Of a DNA stretch of 64,000 bases, positions 1 through 11,820 are shown one piece after another. Source of the DNA: Schizochytrium sp. TIO01 (lineage: Eukaryota > Protista > Bigyra: Labyrinthulomycetes); contig SMSO01000025.1 in assembly GCA_004764695.1 (NCBI GenBank), positions 2,480,001 through 2,544,000 of the forward strand, read 5' to 3'. Numbering within the stretch: the first letter of the stretch is position 1; each line of letters opens with the position of its first letter. A program made the translations under genes and the position numbers. The notes beneath the pieces are model-generated. The model was not told the origin of the DNA and made no database searches. It saw only the letters and a program-made list of their open reading frames with translations.

Positions 1-67
1 ATGACTTTATGTAAAAAGCTTCGCTCCTTCGTTCGCACATATCACCTGCCTTCACTCACGCCTACGC

Positions 68-1072
68 CTATGCTTCTGCCTCTTCCTCTTCCTCCTTGGC
101 TCCCTCTGCAAACTTAGTCCAGTAATCAATTGAGTCCAATGCAGTCTCGCACGACTCCGAAACTAAAGGCTCGGGATCATTGAGGTACTCCTTGAGCAGA
201 GCAATACATTCTGGTGTGCCCACAGCACCAAGCGCCTCCGCAGCCTCGTGCCTGACCATGCCATGCTCGTTCTCATCACGAAGAGCCTCCTCAAGCTCCC
301 TCACAGCAGGCGCAGCCGCCTCCTCGAGCTGGCCGAGAACATATGCCACCTCATGTCTGAACAGCGCACTGTCATCCTTAAGACCTTTGGCGAGCTCAAC
401 GACAGCCTCTTCTGTGCCCTTTGCCGCCAGATTCCGCAGTGAGAACATGGCCTGGTACCTTCTGAAAAGCTGTAAGTCCGCATTCATAAGAACAGCGCCA
501 AGATTAGCAACGCTCTGGTCTTGAACCTCGTCCTTGAGTGCCGCCGGGGCAGGGTCCACAGACTCAAAGAGACTTGCCTCGGCCTGAGCAAGAACATCGC
601 CGTTTCCTTCCCCATTCTTGCCAGAGGCCTGTTCAGGGTGATCTGCCAACCAGCGGAGCCTGCGCACCGCAATAGCGCAGGTCTCAGAGACCTCGGGGCG
701 CTCGTCATCACAAAACTTCTCAAGAACAGCCAATGATGAAGGGTCGGCGATGGCGCCAAGCGCCTCGGCGGCTTCGTGGCGTACAACAGGGCAGTCTTCA
801 GCATCCTCGAGGACACGAGTCAGGGTGGGCACGGAGGATGTGAGCTGCATCTGGCCCAAAACGTAGGCAAGCTCATGACGCAGAAGAGAGCTATCGGCTT
901 TGTGCTCCAGAGCGCGGCACAGCACCTCGCGAGCAGCATCGGAACCGTCTGTGCGAAGGTGGAACACGGCACGCATGCGATCACCCATGCGGCCAGACTC
1001 ACCGCGCAGACCCTCCAGAGCGGCAGCCCACTCAGAGATCGATGTGGAATCGGACGCAGTGGTAGCAGACAT
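68..1072 (-). CDS. DOHH: Deoxyhypusine hydroxylase (HEAT-repeat di-iron enzyme)
   Basis: Two-fold HEAT-repeat architecture with four His-Glu motifs (LRHELAYVLGQ, VRHEAAEALGA, FRHEVAYVLGQ, VRHEAAEALGA) and the linker SVDPAPA. Confidence 0.95.
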   Translation of the reverse strand: MSATTASDSTSISEWAAALEGLRGESGRMGDRMRAVFHLRTDGSDAAREVLCRALEHKADSSLLRHELAYVLGQMQLTSSVPTLTRVLEDAEDCPVVRHEAAEALGAIADPSSLAVLEKFCDDERPEVSETCAIAVRRLRWLADHPEQASGKNGEGNGDVLAQAEASLFESVDPAPAALKDEVQDQSVANLGAVLMNADLQLFRRYQAMFSLRNLAAKGTEEAVVELAKGLKDDSALFRHEVAYVLGQLEEAAAPAVRELEEALRDENEHGMVRHEAAEALGAVGTPECIALLKEYLNDPEPLVSESCETALDSIDYWTKFAEGAKEEEEEAEA

Positions 1073-2944
1073 GGCGGTGATATGGGAGGTAATACCGATA
1101 GTTCGACGTGGGCAGTTCGGGAATTGGCCAAAGAGTGATTGATTAATTGATGAATTCCTCGAGCTCCAATTCCACCCAATTCGACGCCCTTCGCCAAATA
1201 GTACACTCTCTTTAACCTACTTACAGGAAACGCACAAAATAGAACAAACTTGACTTACGCCATACGTTCATTGTTCTGCTACACTATAGACCTTTCCGCT
1301 CCCATACTACACATCTGTTACTGGTGATCCAAAAGTTCCCAATGTTCTGTCCGTACTTCGTCAAGACTGTAAATAGCGTTTGCTACGATAACGTGTTTGT
1401 AGTAGAAGGGATTTATATAGAAAAGTATAGTTTGGGCACAAGTAGGTTATAGTCATGCAAGTAGGTTATAGGGATACATGTAGGTTATAAGGGCGAGGGA
1501 TTGATTGGGTGGTGGGAGGATGACTTCTTGAGCAAGAAGCGTGCAGGAGCGTGCAAGTGATCACTAACTGCTGGGAGTGCGAGACGAATTGAAAGCATTG
1601 GTAGATTCGTTGAAGAAAATCTTATCTTAACTTCAGTTGTCGTGATTGTTGCTCTTGCTTGCTCCAATCCTTCAGACGGCTAGGTGTTGTGGTAACCTGA
1701 GTTATATGTATCTAAGTACGGTATAGTAGTAGAGGTTGACTATTATTTTCGCCGTTTGCATTCTTGAGGAATAATAGTTGCAATTTTCGTATGAGCAAAT
1801 TGAATAGATTTCAGCTGATGAGGAAATAGAGGCAGAACCTGAGTAAACATTTGAAGCGAAGCATGATCTTGGTAGCTAATTTCTATAATATGATTCGCAA
1901 TACCTAATCTAAAACGAAGGGAATTAGTGGTAGTGACAGTCGTAAAGCATAAGTGACCTTTAAGCTCCCAACTCTTCTTTTGGAAACTTAGCCCTAGGAT
2001 ATGAGTCAGCAATCTAAGTATCCTTTAGCATACCTACTTTCTACGAATCATTTTCTCGTGTGGACAAAAACGTGGCGGCCAACTCTAAACATGATTTGAA
2101 ATGAAATCTTCAAATGCGAAGCATGCCTAGGACAAATTAAGAAAGTCTTCAGTGACTATTCCTTAACTTAACCATTTTGCTCGATTGGACTGGGCAGACT
2201 TCAATATTATGCTGTTCGAAATATGTGTTGGACTTTGCTTATACCTTTCAAAGACAGCTATTTTTATCTCAAGTTGCACATAAGCTCATCAAAACTTCTC
2301 TGATTCTAATTAATCGCAAATGCTTTTATCATTGATCAAGCTGACTGTTTACTTGCAATTCAATACTGCACATACAAGGTTGCATAGTCTTCTACTTTCT
2401 TCTAACTCTACCACCTTGTTATACCTAGATAGTCCTTAGTCGTTCGTCATGTATAGGCCCATCGTATGGTGTTTTGTGGCTGTGTCCCCTGTTCCTTTCC
2501 ACAATAAAGCAACTAGCTAAGAAGTATGAATGTAACAAGGAGTCTTGCTGCAATGATGATCGGATTATTTCTCACTGCAAGTGGCTTTGGGCATTAATTT
2601 GACATGATTATACAGCTAGATGTCAAATACAACAATTGATAGTAAAATTTGCTGTGCTGAAAGCGCAAGCGCTGCACACCCTGGACTTGCTATTCTGTAG
2701 CATACTATTATCCCAATCCCTAAAAGGAAAAGATCATTTCCTAACAAAAAGTCATATTACATTGAGCTATGAAGAAGATCAATCGCGAAGAAATGCAATC
2801 GTGAATCGGACAGAGCTACAGCCTCTGGACGTGGGTTGCATTGTGACCGTTGGCTCACCTCACCACATACTTTCCAATCAATCTGCGACTGGATCACTCT
2901 TTGTCGGCTGCTTCGTTTGGGCTTCGTAAACTGTAAAGATCAAG

Positions 2945-3985
2945 ATGGATTCGTCCTCCGCAAGACGCGAGGTTGGTGCAGGTCGTGCTTCAGGCCTCCA
3001 TGCGTCCCTGCACTCTGCGGTTTCTCGAGAGTGGTCTGAGCCGCACTTGCATGCCTCCCAGCTTATCTACCCTCTTTTCGTGACACTTGAGCAGGACGAT
3101 AAGGATATCCCTGGATTTTCACCTAACAAGCAATGGGGTATCGGCAGCGACGAGTCCAAGCCATACGCTTCGCTTATGGCTCATTTGCAAGAGCTCTGCG
3201 AGAAGGGGCTTCGTGCAATCATGCTCTTTGGCGTCGTCAAGGAAAAGGACCCTGAAGGATCTATGGCAGCTCACAACGAGACACCTGTCATTCGCTGCAC
3301 CAAGGCTGTACGAGCTGCGCTCCCTGAGGTCTTGGTCATGTGTGATGTATGTCTTTGCGAATACACAAGCCACGGCCACTGTGGAGTTCTTCGTGATATT
3401 GAGCATGACCATGAAGAGACAATTGACAATGAGACCACCATTGAAATCCTTGCAGACGTGGCTCTTGCGTATGCTCAGGCCGGTGCTGAGTATGTGTGCC
3501 CCAGCGACATGATGGATGGTCGCATTCACACTATCCGCGAAAAGCTTGACAAGAATGGATTCCGCCATGTTGGCATTATGGCCTACACCAGCAAAAAGGC
3601 ATCTACCATGTATGCTCCGTTCCGTGATGCTGTGGACTCCACCTTCAAGGGCCACCGCAAGCGGTACCAGCAGCCGATTGGATCTACACTTCATGCTCGC
3701 CAGGCTCTGGCTCGCGACGAGGCTGAAGGCGCATCGGCTGTAATTGTCAAGCCATCTCTCTTCTACGGTGATATTATCAAGGAGTTTTCCCAGCGCTCCC
3801 TTCTGCCTATTGCTTGCTACGTTGTTTCTGGTGAGTACGTCATGCTTCAAGATTATGCCAAGCGCTCTGGAGATCTTGAGACTGTTCTCAAGGAGTCCCA
3901 TGTTGGTCTTGTGCGTGCCGGTGCATCTATTCTTATTACCTACTACACCCCTCATCTCCTTGAGTACCTCCCCAAGTGGAGGTAA
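2945..3985 (+). CDS. ALAD: Delta-aminolevulinic acid dehydratase (porphobilinogen synthase), Zn-type
   Basis: LIYPLFV, Zn motif DVCLCEYTSHGHCG, PSDMMDGRI, YAPFRDA, catalytic-Lys motif IVKP, YVVSGEY, RAGASILITY. Confidence 0.95.
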   Translation: MDSSSARREVGAGRASGLHASLHSAVSREWSEPHLHASQLIYPLFVTLEQDDKDIPGFSPNKQWGIGSDESKPYASLMAHLQELCEKGLRAIMLFGVVKEKDPEGSMAAHNETPVIRCTKAVRAALPEVLVMCDVCLCEYTSHGHCGVLRDIEHDHEETIDNETTIEILADVALAYAQAGAEYVCPSDMMDGRIHTIREKLDKNGFRHVGIMAYTSKKASTMYAPFRDAVDSTFKGHRKRYQQPIGSTLHARQALARDEAEGASAVIVKPSLFYGDIIKEFSQRSLLPIACYVVSGEYVMLQDYAKRSGDLETVLKESHVGLVRAGASILITYYTPHLLEYLPKWR

Positions 3986-4686
3986 GCGAATAGTATTCGA
4001 TTTCACCCATACATCAACCTACACTCTATTGAGCTTGCACATTCCCTTCTCCAGGTTACCTCCCCCAAAAAATTATATATCGTCCAATTATAACACCAAT
4101 TATATTTTCTTTTACGTTGTCCTTTGTATTCCTAATTTTATCTCTTGCATCTAGTAATAAAACTCGAACAAAAATAATTGTTCATGTCAGAAATCACACC
4201 GCAGATTGTTATATTAAGGGTCAAGCACATAGCCTGCAAGTATTCAGGAGTTAACCGCACGAAAATTCGGAAATTTAAATTCAACAAATCGTTTTAATTA
4301 AGTTTTACATCATTTTAAACAAAAATATAGTAGGTTAAGTAAAAGACGAAGAAGTAATGGAAGCGAAGTAGTAGATCTTTCCCCAGACCATTAGGTAAAC
4401 AAACTGGAAATGTAAGTGTAAAGGTAGAGGTAAGGTGTATAAGAAATAACAGTACAGCTTTCACAAAGTTTCTCTTTGACAGCAGATTTCACGATGCTAT
4501 TGGAGATTCTCTAGTTGTCAAATTATGTATATACTACAAATATGCATGAATTTGCAAATTTGTACACTTTCGAATAACAAGTTCATGAATAACAAGTTCA
4601 TGTTCTTCATATGAAAAACAAAGAGAGGAAGCAGACAATATATCGGCTTCTAAAACAAAAATAAGATGCATTGAAGCTAAAGGTGA

Positions 4687-7600
4687 TCAATGGGTTGAGC
4701 CATCTAAATCATCTAGTTCAAGATCATCGACTGCGTCTGCAGTAAAGTCCACATTCAGCATTCCATCATCGTCATCGTCATCGTTACCACCACCATTACT
4801 AGCATGCATCATCGTAAATCCAGGACTTAAATGCTCATTGTGCAATATTGGATCCATCACTGAGTCATGCAGAGGAATGCTTGGTGGTAAGTCCTCATCA
4901 GCTCTCGAGCCTGCTTGGTGAATTCGACGACGGTGCTCACGGATTGAACGCTGGATAACAAGTGTAGCGCTAAGCTGGCGCCTCCACGCATGAAAATTTT
5001 TACGCGCAAGAAGGCAACGGGTTGCTGCTTGAACTTGAATGACTTCTTGACGCGCTTGCTTGTACTCCCTCCGGGCGAGGAAGCCCTTTCCCACAGCCTG
5101 CACCTTCGTAGCCTTTTCCTCTAGATCAGCATCCCGGAGCTGGACTTTTTTGTCTCGAAAACCTTTCGCTTCGGTTTGCATTTTCCTAGAGGCAAGCACA
5201 CTCCGTCGCAATAGCCAGCGCCGAATATTTGTTTGAATTACGCGCGCCTCGCTTTCAAGTTCATGACGCTCTTCATCGTTCAAATTAGAAATAACGGCCA
5301 CAAGATTAGGACCATTTTCAGTCACAATCTTTTTCACTTTGGCGTCATTCCTTTCCTCTGTTGTCCCTAAAATTGGGTCCCGCGGAGGAGGGGAGCTCAA
5401 TAAATCTGACATATCATTTGCAGATGCATGCAGAGATGAGACGGAGGAAGAGGAAGCGGCAACATGATCGTGACCAGCGAAAGAGCTAGTCCTGGAGTGT
5501 CCAGGTGTAGATAAGGATGCACCTGGACTGCCATTCACAGCACTTGATACTGAAGTTCCATCCGTCTCTCGGACACCAAGAGAAAGTGCACAACGGTCTT
5601 TCAAACTCATTGATGCTAGCGCTTTCCGTAGCATTTTCTGCTGTTTGTCTTCCAATGACTCCTTGGGTTTAGCCTCCGTGTCCATCAAATCACCTGAAAG
5701 CGAGTCGACCGATGTCCCATTGTGCAGCGCTATAGAGGCAACAGATATACTTGAAGCCACTGATCTTACAGAAGAAGTAGACGCAGATGTATGTGCCGCT
5801 CCAGTTGACTGAAAGCTTTCGTAGACCTGATTATCATCTTCAGGACGCAGAATCTCTACAAGTTCCGGTAGCTCGTGAGCCTCTGCCAGTTGTGCTGCAG
5901 TGTTGCCATCAGCATCTCGCAGCAATGGATTCGCGCCCGCTGCCAACAGCTCTCCTGCCATGCCAATCTCTGCCACCTCGGCTGCCAAATGCAACGGGGT
6001 ATCACCTGTAGATGTTGTTTTGTTTGGATCAGCGCCATGGTTTAAGAGAAGACTCACGAGCTTTGCATGGTGGAAGGCTACCGCATAATGGAGTAAATTG
6101 AATCCAGAGTCATCCAAAGCATCAAGTTCCCCAAGCAAGTCATGTTCCTCCTTGCAGAGATCAACCAAGACCTTGGCTACCCGCTCTAGTAAGGATTCGG
6201 AGAGCTCAGTAAGCTCCTCGTCATTCAGCTGATCCATGTCCCGATCATCATCGATGTCCTCTGCTGTTCCGGGGACAGCGCCAGGTACTGGGGATGGCAG
6301 GCGACGACTTCGCTTGCGTTTGAGAAAACGACGAGGATCAGAGTTTTGAGAGTTCGGTGTCCCAATCGGGCTTACTCCAAACCGAGGCCGGAGCCCGTGT
6401 ACCACAAGTGGGGCAAGCGCAGCCTCGGCGCTTTTCGGACGAAGGCGGGGGTCTTCCTGCGATCGTGGCACATCAGCTCGAACTGAAGATATCATCGAGG
6501 TATCCGACAATGAAAAGTGCACGATGGCACCTGCGGAAGAAAGAGACTCGCAAAGATCAATCTTTGTGCGGTTAATCATGACCTCCAAGCTGGCGTGAGT
6601 ATTACGAGGCATCACAGGGGTCTCACAACGAATAACACCATTTGCGAGCATTGTGCCTTTCACAACATGTGTTTTAGCAAAAACTACATCAATATTTTCC
6701 ACTCCAACAGATAGAGACGATTTTGTAAATGGCTCACCCCCAATTTTTGAAAGAGAAATTAGCATTCGGGTTCCTCCGTTAATACAAGCAACGTTAGGTG
6801 CAAAGTCCTCAATCTCCAAAGTGTTTAAATCCACCAAAGTGACGAGCTCTGGAGAACGTGGATAAGCACTATTTGTTGGGCTTGTGACATAGAGGCTGTC
6901 CAGAAAGTTCATGTTCGGGTCAGGCAGTAAGGCTGGGTTCATATCAATATCATGCAAAAATGCGTGCATTTCAACGTCATCGTCGCGCGTTTGTGCGGCG
7001 CTTTCAGCCTCTGATAGAGGCCTGAATTCTGGGGTGGGAGCAACTTTTGCTTGAACTTGCATTTGGACCTGCTGGCTACCAGACTGAGTACTTCCTTGAG
7101 TCGAGTTGCTTCGATTTGAGTTCTTGCGTAGGAGCCCGCTTTGACCCTCTACAGAGGAAGAGTTTCTGTTGGGGGCGGCATTCTCCATTTTGACGCGAGG
7201 CTCCCTGAAGGCAACTTGAGTGCTCCCAGATTTCGCTAAGCTTCGGTTTGCAGATGATGCAGATGACTTCTCTGATACCGATTCGGCAGTATCCGTACCA
7301 TCCGCAGCAGCGGCAGCCTCAGCAGCGGCGACGGCGACAGAATGAGCAGGAGAAGTAGAAGCAGATGCGGTTGTCGAAGAGTCTGCAGGTAATTGCGAAC
7401 TAGCTTTGTTCATAGTGGAGGGTGGACTTGGAAGTAAGCGCGGACCTCCTCCTGAGGTTGGGATTGAAGGAGGCACAGGCAATGTTGTGACAGAACTTGA
7501 AGTTTTGCTATTAGAAGCAGAGGCCTTGGCTGAAGATGAAGCCCCTGCTGGTTTCGCTGTTACTGACGAGGTTCTGGATGGTTTGGCAGAATTCAAGCTA

Positions 7601-8739
7601 CGGGTGGAAGGTACAGATGTGCGCGCATTTGAAGTGCTCGGGCCAGTCGATGTATGAGACTTGTTGACAGCTTGCCGAGAATTTGACCCTGAACGAGAGG
7701 AAGTCATGGCAGAAGAGGATGACGAGTTTAAAGAGGATGCTTGGCCGGAACCAAGAGAACCGTTGACAGATATCATTCCCCTGCCAGAGGCTGCAGCTGC
7801 TGCAGCAGCTGCTGCAGCCATTGCAGCAGAGTGTTGCATTTGTTGGTGTTGGACCGAATCATCTTCATCAATACCCATTGTGCAACCGATACAAATACAA
7901 TCCCCAGGATGTTGCTCCTGCGCACTGACCTCACTGTCCCAATAATGCACAAGTATGAGGTTATTTCTGTTCTTGAGGTCCCAATAGCTGCGTCGATGCA
8001 TAGATTCACGCTCCATAGAGTGTACATGGCACGCATAAACTCTCTCTTCATGGTCATATTTGAGCTTTACGTGGTCCTCGCGAACTGCTGCAGCGTTGCC
8101 TTTCTTTTTCACATATTCGTATCCGTCAACGCGAAATTGAGGTGTCCTTGATCGGTCATAAAGGAAAAGAGATCCACTAGGAGGACGACGTTGTACTTTT
8201 TGTAATGGTTGAATGTCTCCCTTTGCACCCATTTCCAATAGAAAGAGCACAGCATGGGCGTCCAAGTATCGTCGCTTTGCAGCCTCAACAATGAACCGGA
8301 GCTCATCCTTAGAGGTGATAATACTCCTTGATGGAGAGGCAGCCATGCCCATCATAGCCATTTTGGTTGATGCACTTGCGACGCCTCCAGTGCCAGTCAT
8401 TAAATTTCGCTTAGCAGGAGATGTTTTCCCATTTCTCAACGCATTGGTCCCTCGGGAAGAATTTCCTGATTTTTTCTTAGATGATCGGGCCGGAGTTGCT
8501 CCCCTCGGCATCATTCCGTTGACTGCCGCAGCATGGGCTGCAGCTTGCTGAGCATACGGGTGCATCATATGCTGTGGGTGCATGTGCGCTTGGTACTGCA
8601 TATGCATAGGGTATCCATGTGGATGCATAGGTTGGCCAGGATGCATATAGCTAGCAGGGTGAGGAATGTGCGGATGTGGAACACCTTGGCTCGGGTACAT
8701 CGGGTAAACCCCATGCGGAGTCATGTGAGAGTGATGCAT
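4687..8739 (-). CDS. Calmodulin-binding transcription activator-like protein (CG-1, TIG/IPT, ankyrin, IQ)
   Basis: CG-1 motifs RPPSGSLFLYDR, FRVDGYEYVKKK, VREDHVKLK, HRRSYW, LILVHY; TIG-like IEDFAPNVACINGGTRMLI and GVIRCETP; ankyrin repeats (GFNLLHYA, GDTPLHLAA); C-terminal IQ motifs (VIQTNIRRW, VQAVGKGFLAR). The true start may lie upstream. Confidence 0.88.
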   Translation of the reverse strand: MHHSHMTPHGVYPMYPSQGVPHPHIPHPASYMHPGQPMHPHGYPMHMQYQAHMHPQHMMHPYAQQAAAHAAAVNGMMPRGATPARSSKKKSGNSSRGTNALRNGKTSPAKRNLMTGTGGVASASTKMAMMGMAASPSRSIITSKDELRFIVEAAKRRYLDAHAVLFLLEMGAKGDIQPLQKVQRRPPSGSLFLYDRSRTPQFRVDGYEYVKKKGNAAAVREDHVKLKYDHEERVYACHVHSMERESMHRRSYWDLKNRNNLILVHYWDSEVSAQEQHPGDCICIGCTMGIDEDDSVQHQQMQHSAAMAAAAAAAAAASGRGMISVNGSLGSGQASSLNSSSSSAMTSSRSGSNSRQAVNKSHTSTGPSTSNARTSVPSTRSLNSAKPSRTSSVTAKPAGASSSAKASASNSKTSSSVTTLPVPPSIPTSGGGPRLLPSPPSTMNKASSQLPADSSTTASASTSPAHSVAVAAAEAAAAADGTDTAESVSEKSSASSANRSLAKSGSTQVAFREPRVKMENAAPNRNSSSVEGQSGLLRKNSNRSNSTQGSTQSGSQQVQMQVQAKVAPTPEFRPLSEAESAAQTRDDDVEMHAFLHDIDMNPALLPDPNMNFLDSLYVTSPTNSAYPRSPELVTLVDLNTLEIEDFAPNVACINGGTRMLISLSKIGGEPFTKSSLSVGVENIDVVFAKTHVVKGTMLANGVIRCETPVMPRNTHASLEVMINRTKIDLCESLSSAGAIVHFSLSDTSMISSVRADVPRSQEDPRLRPKSAEAALAPLVVHGLRPRFGVSPIGTPNSQNSDPRRFLKRKRSRRLPSPVPGAVPGTAEDIDDDRDMDQLNDEELTELSESLLERVAKVLVDLCKEEHDLLGELDALDDSGFNLLHYAVAFHHAKLVSLLLNHGADPNKTTSTGDTPLHLAAEVAEIGMAGELLAAGANPLLRDADGNTAAQLAEAHELPELVEILRPEDDNQVYESFQSTGAAHTSASTSSVRSVASSISVASIALHNGTSVDSLSGDLMDTEAKPKESLEDKQQKMLRKALASMSLKDRCALSLGVRETDGTSVSSAVNGSPGASLSTPGHSRTSSFAGHDHVAASSSSVSSLHASANDMSDLLSSPPPRDPILGTTEERNDAKVKKIVTENGPNLVAVISNLNDEERHELESEARVIQTNIRRWLLRRSVLASRKMQTEAKGFRDKKVQLRDADLEEKATKVQAVGKGFLARREYKQARQEVIQVQAATRCLLARKNFHAWRRQLSATLVIQRSIREHRRRIHQAGSRADEDLPPSIPLHDSVMDPILHNEHLSPGFTMMHASNGGGNDDDDDDGMLNVDFTADAVDDLELDDLDGSTH

Positions 8740-10223
8740 TGCACCTGGCGCAACCTAATTTGTCCCAAATCCTCGTTCTGTCACTTTCAAAATGTGTACT
8801 CTCCAATTCCTAATGCACGTCACAAACAAAGTCGCCTGCTTCACAAATCTCAGTCAAGATAGAAATGCCGCCTTGAAACCCTCTCTGCCCAAGCCTCTCT
8901 GTCCAAGATATTACCTTCAAACAAAGCAAAGTTGAGGCCTCGGGGTGTTCAGAATTTAGACGATAGCTACCTAGGCTCACAAACAAATTATAGTCAAATC
9001 AAAATCACCAGTCGCAAACTCTGGCAACTGCAGGGCTCCAAAAACGCAGTTCGGGAACCGCGATGCACGGCTGCGTCAATAGTAAAACCCAAACGAAATA
9101 CAGTCTGTATTCCTCACTAAATATAAATTGCGCCAAAGAGCAAGAGCCCTTGCTCCCTCGCTCGTTCGGACTCAGGTCCGAGATACAACTCGTGCGGCCC
9201 ACTAAGCGCTGACGGCACAGAGGCCGCTTCAGCGCCGTGGTGACCTCGACCGGAGCTCCGCAAGCACCGCGAGGAGGATAGGCCGCGAGACGACTCGGCG
9301 AGGCGCTGGAATTGGGGACCTGTCGAGATGGCGTTGTGTCAGAAAAGAAAAAAGAGAGAAAGAGAGTACACATGGGACCATAATTAATTACACTTTATCG
9401 GTATGAAAATAGGTCGCCTTAACGGCACCAAGAAAACTACGAATTGTAATTTCTAGTGGGGGTGCGCTCTCAAAGCGGTTCGTTTGCGAGCAATGCGGAG
9501 TGATCACAATAAAGTTTGGGGGCATGTTCATCAGTATATAAGCAAGGTGGCGTGGGTGAAAGCTTTTGGGGTTGACATCATTAGTTTGTGTGTGAGTGGG
9601 AAGGAGATACGTAGGTACCTACTACTATGGCACGGTACTACACAATTTCCAGCATCTCGTCACTGCAATTCTCTAGAAGTGCTAACTTTGCTAAACCCGT
9701 GCTTCGTTTGATGCGTACGACCAAGCTAATATATGAAGTACTTAAAGCTTCGGGTATCCAAAGTATACAGGTTTCTGTTGATATAGGCATGAGCTTCCAG
9801 AAGAAAATTAAAATGAACTTGATGCTGGGGTGGATTGTTATTCTTTGACTCTAGTGACTATTGGTTTGAAGTTCCATTTCATAATTTCTGTTTCCTTGCC
9901 TCCGTGTTCAAAATCTCAATTGCCACCGAGGTTACCGCAGTAAAAGCAGAAGACCATGGCGTTACGCCTAACTTTGAACCTCCTTTGCCACACTCCAGCT
10001 CCGAGTGAATTTGCTTCTCAGCTGTCATAACTAGCCGTTGAGTCGAGCAATTTGAGCTTCCTTGCAAATTTTATGTTCGCCTTACTAGAAGTGACTCTCA
10101 AAAGCAAAGTCGCGAGAAGCGATGTATTCATACATAGTCGGAGATTTTTTAATGGCTCCAGGTGCTTCAGAACAATCATTGGGCTGAGTGTGATCAAGAG
10201 CTATAGGGAAAAGTGGGCTGCCC

Positions 10224-11477
10224 ATGGCGAACCTCTTGCAAGACCTCAGAGCTGCGCTCGTGTTTGACGAGCAGGGGCGGCTCCCACAAGCCGCTGCAAT
10301 CTACAAAAAGTCAGTGAAGGTGCTTCTTGAGATGGTAGCTGCGGAGCACGACTTGAAAACACGTTTGCTTCTTGCAAAACAGGTCGAATGCATACAAACT
10401 CGTCTGAACGAGGTTGAAATGCGAGTACAAGAGCTTGAATATGAAAGAACTAGGTATTTAATGCCCACGACGCCTGCGGCGACTCCCCAAAGAAGATACG
10501 ATATCTGGTCAGGTATTTTCGGTTTAAGAGATGCTGTTGAGTTCTTTCGAGAGCAGCTTGTTTTGCCTTCTCGATTTCCTGAAATGTATAAGAAGAAACA
10601 GCGCCTTTGGAATGCAGCTGTTCTTCATGGTCCTAGTGGATGTGGAAAGACCCATTTACTGACTACCTTTCATACAGAACTCTCAACACTTTGTCCAAAT
10701 ATCAAAATTTCGTATCACAACTGCTCGGAACTTGTCTCCAACGCTGTTGATGGGGACGTGGTAGTACGGAACGCCTTCGAAGATGCAGTTCGCAGACAAG
10801 AACAAAACCAATCTACAATTATACTACTTGAAAATATAGATCTTTTGAACCCCAATGATGAAGGTTTTCCTGAGACTAAGGCAGTTCTTCTTCGAAATGG
10901 AAAGAAATATAGAGCAAATCGGGAAAACGCAACTTCGGTGCGAGCCGAAGTTCTTCAAGGTCTTCGCCACACCAAAAATGGGCATTTTCATGGTCTCTCC
11001 GTGGTAGGTACCACCAATCGCCCCTGGTCTATGGACGCAGGCCTTCGCCGAAGGTTTGATAAACGAATAGTATGCCCTCCACTTGACATTGACGAATGCA
11101 AGGCCCTGCTTTCGCGGCTACTTGAGCAAGACCGACTGCGACAGGCTGTTGAAGAAGAAATCTTAGATCGCTCCGCTGGGCAATCCACTGAACGAATTGT
11201 CCAAGCGATTTCAAGAGCACTAAAGCAACCTTTGATTGATGTTCAGACCAAGCTCCTTAGCAAGCTAGACACAGGGATGTTTGCTGTTTATGAAGGCCAA
11301 GATTTTTTGAATCTTGCAGAGCCGCACGAAACAGCGTACCTTCGTAGCGTCCCAATTCACCTAGTTAAGGTGTTGGAGCCAGGAGTACAGCATATTTTTA
11401 ATTCCTTTGCAGATCTCCCCCCTCCGGACGCAACAAAACGTGTCATGGAATCGTATAACCACGCGTTTCCGTGTTAG
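10224..11477 (+). CDS. MIT-domain AAA+ protein, divergent Vps4/katanin-family member
   Basis: N-terminal MIT-like helices (AALVFDEQGRLPQAAAIYKKSV), Walker A GPSGCGKT, sensor/Arg-finger VVGTTNRPWSMDAGLRRRFDKRI; Walker B is degenerate (IILLENID). Confidence 0.75.
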   Translation: MANLLQDLRAALVFDEQGRLPQAAAIYKKSVKVLLEMVAAEHDLKTRLLLAKQVECIQTRLNEVEMRVQELEYERTRYLMPTTPAATPQRRYDIWSGIFGLRDAVEFFREQLVLPSRFPEMYKKKQRLWNAAVLHGPSGCGKTHLLTTFHTELSTLCPNIKISYHNCSELVSNAVDGDVVVRNAFEDAVRRQEQNQSTIILLENIDLLNPNDEGFPETKAVLLRNGKKYRANRENATSVRAEVLQGLRHTKNGHFHGLSVVGTTNRPWSMDAGLRRRFDKRIVCPPLDIDECKALLSRLLEQDRLRQAVEEEILDRSAGQSTERIVQAISRALKQPLIDVQTKLLSKLDTGMFAVYEGQDFLNLAEPHETAYLRSVPIHLVKVLEPGVQHIFNSFADLPPPDATKRVMESYNHAFPC

Positions 11478-11820
11478 TCTTACTTTTATTTACATTCTTT
11501 GATTAATATTGACAAAACTTAATATTTGGGGAAAATCCCTCGGTGGATCTTGTTTTAATTGTCACAGAGTTTTCTTGAATCCCTTTTCGGAGTGATCGAA
11601 TATGCAATTAGCTTGCGTGGGCAATCTGAAAATTCCTTGTTAAGGTGTTTAGGGGAAAGTATACAAAGAAGTATCTTGAAGTACGAGGAAACAACCACAA
11701 TTCAAAGGAGTTAAGTATTGAAAAATTCTGAGTTGTACTATACATGATATCTACTGAGATTAAGGATAAGGGCTCGATGATCTCGAGCGAATCGGATTGC
11801 AATATAAGATCTATGTCATA

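Noticed and set aside
3119-4006. 295-aa antisense ORF, and similar ones over V-ATPase A (36057-36761) and TYW1 (61969-62865)
   Set aside because: Shadow frames of well-supported genes.
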